Source of the DNA: Eledone cirrhosa
Taxonomy: Eukaryota
Length of the DNA stretch: 64,000 nucleotides
Assembly: GCA_964016885.1 (NCBI GenBank)
Contig: OZ024740.1
Location: forward strand, 219,728,001-219,792,000
Direction of reading: 5' to 3'
Shown: positions 53,195-64,000 of the stretch, one piece after another
Layout of the letters: each line of letters opens with the position of its first letter
Numbering within the stretch: the first letter of the stretch is position 1
Translations under genes and position numbers: made by a program
Notes under the pieces: generated by a model
What the model was told of the DNA's origin: nothing
Databases searched by the model: none
What the model saw: the letters and a program-made list of their open reading frames with translations, nothing else

Positions 53195-55436
53195 CATATA
53201 TGTGTATATAGACAGGCCAAACACATGCAAAAACAGAATTTTTTATATAATTATGGACATCGAATAAAAAAACAACACACTTCTTCATGGCATTAGTTTA
53301 TTTACTGTTTATATTGATAGTATTTACTATAATGCGAAAAAGTTCCAAGACATGAATGATATATGAGGACCAAATGTTAGTGTTTTAGCTTTGAGCATTT
53401 GTATAAAATCTAATGTCAACACTGTTTTCTGCTGCATTAATTTTCCCACTCATTCAGTGTTATATTTCAAATTTATTCACCTCTGACATTCTTCACTAAT
53501 TTGTTCTTTCTTTTAATGTCATTTCTACAAATTCTTCTAGTTGTATATGTGTGTGTGATAAAATATTCAGTTATTATCAGAATTTGCTGACCATTGGCGT
53601 GGCACCAAAATGGCCCCTTTACAGTGTTGACTGGGGGCTTTGTGGCGGAGGTGTGTGGGGATTGGAGAGGTTGATCTAGTGTGAGGCACTTATCCTGTGA
53701 AGGGTGGGATGTAGAGACATGGATGAAGGGTAGAGTGAATCAGTTATATTTACAGCTGGCTCTGTGAAGTATAAGTGAAAATTCTTCATCTTCTTTGGAT
53801 TTGTTAATTCTGAAACAATTGAGTCGATGATATAAAAAATGTTTCACCAAATAATTTACTGTTTAGAATTTTAAAATGTTTAATCTAGCATATACTCTAT
53901 CTTCTAGTTTTGTTGTAACATTATACTTGTGGTTGAAAACCTTTTCAGTTGTATCATCATCACCATCATCACCACCACCACCACCACCACCACCACCACC
54001 ATCATCATCATCATTTTATGTCTATTTTCCATGCTGGCATGTGTTAGACAGGTTGTTATAGTCCAATTCAGAGTGTCTGCTATTCAAAATGGGTTGTGGG
54101 ACCACACAACACTTTTATGTTCCAATTTTTGAATTGGTTTCTACAGATAGATGCCCTTACTAACACCAAGCACATTACAGAGTGTATCTATGTGTGCATG
54201 GACCCATAACTCCTGATGGTGTAGTAGGGGCGCCATGATGACTTTAAACTTGGTCTGAACACAGAGAAGGGATGAGTGTGAGAGAGAGGATGTGAGAAAG
54301 AGCTGTAGAAGAAGAATTAACCCCAGCACTGAACAGGTACTTTTTTATCAACCTCAAAAAGTTGACCTTAACGCGATTTGAACTCAGGCAACATAGTCAG
54401 CTGGAATAAATACTACAAATCATTCCATCTGACATTCTAACAACTCTGCCAATTCACTATCTCTTACAAAATGTATTGGGTGATTTTATCATAGCATTAG
54501 CACCAGAGAGTTTGGCATCGTATCCTCAACAAGACTAAAGAATTGTTTCCATTTCATGTTTGCAAAGTGTACTAGGTGCATTTTATCATGGCACTAGGAC
54601 AAAAGAGGTAGCCTTGTCCACTGCAGGGCAAAAGAGAACTCTCCACTCTATGCAGTCTTCCTTATTTCAAGGCAAACATGAGAAGTAAATTAGGTGAGTG
54701 CTTGACCAAGAGTTGAAAGTGGTGATAGTATGATTTGAATGTGAAGATAGAAAGAGTATGATAGGGTGGTAAGAAATGGAGAATGTCATTGGTGGTTAGG
54801 TAGTTGAGTAGACAAACAATATGATCAATATGAAGGAATAACAATAAGGATGTTTTGTGATAGGGGAGAGTGAGTGATGGTTATGTCATTACAGATTTTA
54901 GGTAGTTTTCAGGAATTGTAATTAAACTGACTTTAGGTAATTAAATATGTATATTTCTTATATCCATATATTTAGGCATGAAGATAAATTTGCAGGCCCC
55001 AGAAATGATGGCCAGAATGGGGTAGTCAAATCGGCAAATAAATGTTCTGATTGTCAAGAAGCCCTTCATGATTGTTAATTTGTCATTGTAATTGTTCAAA
55101 TAGGATAAAAGCTATGACTCTCAACATCCTGTACCACATGAAACCACATTAGTAAGATAATTTTGAAAAGTAAAAAATAAAACACCAACCAGCACTATGA
55201 CTGCCTCAGAGTAAAAGTTAAATTATTTACACTGATATTGTAAAATTTTACAATGATCTGTCAACTAATAAACATCTGAATTTACAAAGTTGTTTTTAGA
55301 TATTTTCTGCTAAAACATTATGGGAAGTTAAGAGTTAATACACAAATTACTGATATTGCTGTTTGATAGCAACTATAAATGTTATATTGGTGAAGTTATC
55401 AATGCATCTTAATCATATTTCTATGATCTTACTGTG

Positions 55437-55775
55437 AAGGCACATGGTTTAGTGGTTAGAACATTGGGCTTGCAATCATGAGGTTGTAAGCTTGATTCCT
55501 GGACCAGGTGATGTGTTGCCCCTTGAGCAAGACACTTTATTTCACATTGCTCCAGTTAACTCAGCTGTAGAAATGAGTAGCAACATCATTGGTGCCAAGC
55601 TGTATCAGCCATTGCCTTTCCCTTGGACAACGTTGGTGGCATAGAGAGAGGAAACTGGTACGCATGGGCAACTGCTAGTCTTCCACAAACAACTTTGCCC
55701 AAGCTTGTGTGTTGGAGGGGAACTTTTTAGGTGCAAATCCCACAGTCATTTGTGACTGAAGGGAGTCTTTATTTT
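55437..55775 (+). mobile_element. tRNA-head SINE with alternative 3' module
   Basis: Same head and core as 26652 up to GCTGTAGAAATGAG, then a different tail; tail fragment also at 57080-57245 minus. Confidence 0.75.
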
Positions 55776-56194
55776 ATATGATCATACAATGAACTCTGCT
55801 CTCAGAATGACATATGAGTGATCAGCTATTCTTTCAGTTGAATAACCTACTCATTGAACTAAAGAGGAAAGTGGGTGAGAATTCCACAGATATGTGTACT
55901 CTTAATGTAATTCTCAAATGGAATCAGAGTGACACAATGTGATAAAGCTGCATTTTTGAATTATAAGAACAGTCCATCTGACAGGCTTCCATACATATTC
56001 CAGTTTTACTCACAAGTCTTGAATGATTCCAAGGCTTGGAGGAAAGTCTCTTGTCCAAGATGCTAAACAATACAACCAAACCTGGGACCTCATGATTGCA
56101 AAGCAAATTTTTTATGGCCAGACCCACATCCATTAGGCTTTTATAAGCAACCATTAACTATAACTATTTCTCTCTCTATATATATATATAACAA

Positions 56195-56658
56195 AAGGTT
56201 GATTGTATGATGCCTGTGTGAGATGCACGATGATGCATGGTAATGAAACATGGCAACTATAGAGGATATGTGAAGGCTGGAGAGAAATGAAGCAAGCCTG
56301 TGCGAATGTATGTGCAATGTTAATGTGTGTAAACGACCAAGAATGGACAAGTTGAAAGAGAAACTGTATAAAAGGAATAAACTGTAGTATGCAGGAGAGA
56401 AGACTGCATTGGTATGGCTATGTATTGTGCATGGATGATTACCGGTGGGTGACGAAGTGCCAAGAAATCCAAGGAAGATGCAGTAGAAGAAGACAACGGA
56501 AAACATAGGCAGAGGTGGTGAGAGCTGACCTCAGATTGCTGAAGCTCACACAGGAGATGAAGAAGGTCAGTGATAAATGGAGAGATGCTGCGCTGAAGAG
56601 AACCCATCTCACCCTTGCAAGCAAAGAAAAGCGGATGTAAAATGACGATGATAATGAT
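56195..56658 (+). mobile_element. RTE subfamily A 3' fragment, degraded
   Basis: Aligns to 41470-41940; same CCCTTGCAAGCA terminus. Confidence 0.8.
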
Positions 56659-57252
56659 ATTATTATATTTAATATAATTTTGTAGAGTGTACAACATAAG
56701 CAATTTAAGCTTAACTGCATCGTCAGCCTTTTTAATTAGGTAGTTGGTTTGTATACTAACTCTGTTTTATTTTAATTAAGTAACTTATTAGGAAAGGTAG
56801 CAAATGAGTGAACCCTGTTTAGCCATTCTCACCAGATCTAATAGCATTGGTCATATGTTCACTTAAGTTTTGAATTCTGAAGTAGCAGATATCAACCATA
56901 ACGATTTCCGTTTCTTATTTTCTCAGATTCCATTGAAAAACTTTGGTTCTTTATTAAATTATGTAATCTTCTACCATTAGAAGAAAAAATCCTGATTATG
57001 TTCGGTATTCAATACCAGGGGTAGTGTAGCCAGCTGTAATACCATAAAAGATATTTTGCTATATATATATATAAGTGTGTATATCCTTTGTCTGTGTTTA
57101 CATTTGTTGAACCCCTTTGACCATGTGATTTGCACCTAGAAAGTTTCCCCCCAAGGCACAAGGTTGTTTGAGGAAGACCAGTAGTCACCCATGCATACCA
57201 GCCTCCCCTATCCACACCACCGATGATGTCCAAGGGAAAGGCTTTATATATA

Positions 57253-57300
<48 letters not shown>

Positions 57301-57359
57301 TATATATGCATATATATATATGCATATATATGCATATATATATATATATATATATATAT

Positions 57360-59772
57360 CATCATCATCATCATCATCACCGTTTTACGTCCGTTCTTCC
57401 ACGCTAGCATGGGTTAGACGGGTTGTCCTGTTGTGGGCAGTGTCTGGTCGGCTGACCATGCCTTGCTCATATAGGAACTGATTTGGCTTGATTTCTACAG
57501 CTGGATGCCCTTCCTAACACCAACCTCATTTACAGTGAGTGCTGGGTGCTTTTTCTTGGTGCCTACACATCCACTTTACAGTGTGGGCAGGGGGCTTTTT
57601 TGCCGTGGCACCTCCACGACCACCTTGCAATGGGAGGGTGTGGGGGCATATTGTCTATATGTTTCAGCTTGTACCCATGGGAGGTCGGGTACTCTGTATT
57701 ACTGCGTGACGCCAGAGGTCACGGTCGTATGTCATTGCCTTTGAGAGGTGTAATTGGGTAAGGTCGGCTTTTATCACCTCATCCCAGGTCATCTTGTGTC
57801 TCCTCACTCCACGGTTTCCATCGACTTTTAGTGCTCTGCACCTTTTTATGCAGCTGTCATCCTTCATACGCATCACATGCCCATACCAGCGCAACCGCCT
57901 CTCCTGCACACAGCATTTGATTCCTCTTATGCTCAGTCTCTCTCTGAATTCATTTATGCTTTGTCGTTCACGTATATTACTGTTACACATCCATCGGAGC
58001 ATGCAGGCTTCGTTTCTCTCTAATCTACGTAAGTCTTCCACCTTCAGCGCCCAGGTCTCACTACCATGCAACATTGCTGTTTGGATACACGCATCATACA
58101 GTCTGCCTGTTGCAGCTAGCAGTGGTAGTAGTTCCCTAAACTTCTTCCATCCCGTTCTTACCCTAGTTATTGTACTTTCTGAACACCCACCTCCACTGCT
58201 AATTCGGTCACCTAGGTAGCAGAAGCTGTCTACTGTTTCTACAGAGCCCTCCCAGAGATTGGTGGTACTTGTTTCCTGTGGCTGTTTGCTGCTTGCTGTC
58301 TCAGCACAGCTGCTGCATGTGAAGCCTACATTCTTAATTAAGCTTCCTGAGATCCCGCTACATCTCTTGTGTACCCATTGTTTGCATTTGGGGCAGAGAA
58401 TGGAGTTCCTACCTACACCTTTCCTACATACTGAGCAAGGCCATTTCCCTGAGGGGATCTGGGTTCTGTTTTCTCGTCTACTTACAAGGACCTTAGTCTT
58501 TGTCATGTTGACTTTGAGACCCTTTCTTTCTAGTCCCTGCTTCCAAGTTTGGAATTTATTCTCTAGTTCTACCATAGATTCAGCTATGAGTGCGAGGTCA
58601 TCAGCATACAGGAGTTTCCATGGGCATCCGCTCTTAAACTCCTCCGTTGTTGCCTGCAGGACTATGATGAACAGGAGGGGGCTAAGAACAGAGCCCTGGT
58701 GGACCCCAACCTGTAGGCTACATTCCTCGCTATACTCATTGCTAATCCTAACTTTGCTGACTGCTCCCCTATACATGGCTTGTACTGCTTTCACAAGCCA
58801 TTCATCTACTCCTAGTTTTCTAAGAGCCCACCAGATTACAGCACGTGGAACTCTGTCAAAGGCTTTCTCAAGGTCGACAAATGCCAAGTAGAGTGTCTTA
58901 CTTTTAGCTAGGTACTTTTCCTGTAATTGCCTCACAAGGAAGAGGGCATCAGTGGTGCCGCTTCCTGGTACAAACCCAAATTGCATCTCGTCTATTTTCA
59001 CCCGGTCCCTAATCAACTGTGCTATAACTCTTTGTTACTTTCATGACCTGGTCCATCAGCTTTATACCTCTATAGTTTCCTCTATCTAGTGCATCGCCTT
59101 TACCTTTGTAGCAGTTGACAATGATGCTACTGCACCAATCTTTTGGTATGACACCTTCTAGTATTACCTGGTTAACAATACGTGTGGTTATAGTGTGACC
59201 TACAGACCCAGATGCCTTCAGCATCTCGGCAGCTATACCCGATGGACCGGTTGCCTTCCCCATCTTCATATCTTTGATTGCCTTACTTACTACGTTGCTG
59301 CTGACTTGTACTGCTGGCCCCTCTATAGGGTCTACTTGGGGTAGGGTCTCTTCTTCCCATGCATTCTCCTCATTTAGTAATCTATCATAATGACTCTTCC
59401 ATGCATCTTTCTTCTCAGCACTTGTGAGGGCAAGCTCACCTTTATCATTCTGGATACACTTCTCTCCAATGATATCACAACTATCTCTGACACACTGCCT
59501 CACAATCTTGAATACCTCCTGTTTCTGGTCCTCACGTTGCAAAACATGCTTGAATTTTCTATCCTCTGCTTCCCTCCTAGCTAAGTATACTTGTCGCCTA
59601 GCTTCCCTCTTGGTCTCTATGTAATGCACCCTGCTCCCCCCATTCTTCCATTCTTTCCATGCCTGTCTCTTGGCCTTAACTGCTTCATCTACCTTATTGT
59701 TCCACCACCAAGTCACTCTCCTCATGCTTGAGGTCTTACTCCAGCCACAGACCTCATCCGTCGCCTCTAGTA
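57360..59772 (-). mobile_element. RTE LINE subfamily B, 5'-truncated
   Basis: ORFs 59009..59932 and 57664..59016 (LLYADD, PHD-like cluster); (ATG)n tail. Confidence 0.95.
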
Positions 59773-59790
59773 AATTATTTATATATATAT

Positions 59791-59852
<62 letters not shown>

Positions 59853-59865
59853 TATATAACCATAC

Positions 59866-59926
<61 letters not shown>

Positions 59927-59927
<1 letters not shown>

Positions 59928-60907
59928 TTCAATTGCGCAGAGGGTTCTATAGAAATAGTGGACAGCTTCCATTACCTGGGCGATAAAATCAGCAGTGGGG
60001 GAGGGTGCTCTGAAAGTACTGTAGCTAGAGTCAGAACTGGTTGGAAAAAGTTCAGAGAGCTCATACCACTATTAGCCGCTAAAGGGTTTTCCCTAAAAAT
60101 GAAAGGCAGGTTGTACGATGCCTGCATACGAACAGCAATGTTGCATGGCAGTGAGACCTGGGCATTGTGTGCAGAGGATATACGCAGACTAGAGAGGAAC
60201 GAAGCTTGCATGCTCCGCTGGATGTGTAACAGTAATATACGTGAACGGCAAAGCATAAACGAACTAAGGAAAAAATTAGAGATAAGAGGGATCAGATGTT
60301 GTTTACTCGAGAGAAGGCTACGTTGGTGTGGACACGTGATGCGCATGAAAGTCGATAGCTGTATAACAAAGTGCAGGGCAATAAAGATAGACGGTAGCCA
60401 CGGAATAGGCAGACCTAGAAAAACCTGGGACGAGCTGATAAACTCCGACCTCACACACTTACACCTGTCCAAGACAATGTCACTGGACCGAGACCTTTGG
60501 CGGTACTCAGTAACAGAGAAGACCCGCCTTGCCAGTAGGTATCTCTAACAAAATACACCCCGTCCTGCCACCACCCCCACCCCATCCACACCACCCCGTT
60601 CTATGTAAAGTAATGTTGGTGCCGCGCCATCCAGGCCGAAACAAATGAGATCGTGTAGGTGTCACGACAAAAAAAACACACAGTCCACGCTGTAATGTGG
60701 CCGTGTAGGCAACACGGTAAAAACCTCCCAGACCCACACTGTAAATGTGGTTGGTGTTAGGAAGGGCATCCAGCTGTAGAAAACCTGCCAGACAGTCCTA
60801 TGCGAGCAAGGCAATCACTCTTGCCTCAAGTGGGACTACCCCCGTCCAAACCCATGCAAGCGTGGAACACGGACGTTAAACGTTGATGATGATGATGATG
60901 ATGATGA
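59927..60907 (+). mobile_element. RTE LINE subfamily C, 3' fragment
   Basis: F.YLGD...GRPRKTW, 3' UTR, (GAT)n tail. Confidence 0.92.
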
Positions 60908-61388
60908 TATGTATATATATATATGTATGTATATATATATATATATATATGGTTATATACCTATATATATATATATATATAAAAAAAAACATGAGAAGAA
61001 AGAAGAATACTGCGTGGTTTGCACATGGGTTACATATGACAAAAAAGTCCTTCGTCAGTGATTTTCCAACCATCATTGGTATTTCATCGCATTAAAAATC
61101 AGATACCTCAGGTTGGTGCGAGCAATAACTAAAAAAAGTTATTGGGACCAGAATTCGCGTAAGGCGAGGGGGACAAATAAACAACATAGAAGGATAAAAG
61201 CAAAGCGAAGATAGGAAAATAAACAAGCAACATGGTTGTCCGGTCAGCATAAGCTGGGTGGATTTCATGAGCGAGAGAGGTACAGACCGTGTTGATGTGT
61301 GTGAGATGTGAGCAAGAAGAGACCCACACAAGCCAAACGGGAGGAAGTGAGAAGGGGAGAAACAGAGAGTGAGTGAGTATATATATAC

Positions 61389-61423
<35 letters not shown>

Positions 61424-61494
61424 CATACATATATATACATATATATAGATACATATATATGTATATATATGTATATATACCTATATATATATGT

Positions 61495-63940
<2,446 letters not shown>

Positions 63941-64000
63941 ATATATATATATATATATATATATGCAAAAGTTTTATTTAAAATTGTTGAGTTACAACAA

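Noticed and set aside
61010-61065. HHR on minus strand (CTGACGAAGGAC)
   Set aside because: No GAAA half at a compatible position; at best a decayed remnant

Overview
AT-rich, repeat-saturated eukaryotic DNA, most likely intronic or intergenic coleoid cephalopod (Octopus-like) sequence; the host is inferred from the tRNA-derived SINEs, RTE LINEs with (ATG)n tails and very long (TA)n tracts. No host exon could be supported. The window holds RTE LINEs (at least 3 subfamilies), a CRE-like fragment, a CR1/L2-like fragment, hAT-, mariner- and piggyBac-type MITEs, tRNA SINEs and at least 4 Penelope-like element (PLE) families, one with an uninterrupted 786-aa RT+GIY-YIG frame. The main hidden signal is RNA-structural: about a dozen distinct type I hammerhead ribozyme (HHR) motifs read by eye, almost all in short fold-back or tandem elements inside (TA)n. 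They include a head-to-tail dimer of a ~466-nt non-coding HHR unit (retrozyme/circRNA candidate) with a covarying sister subfamily, U3-A8 and C4 core variants, and HHRs with greatly extended stem II. Coordinates were read by eye and boundaries are approximate.
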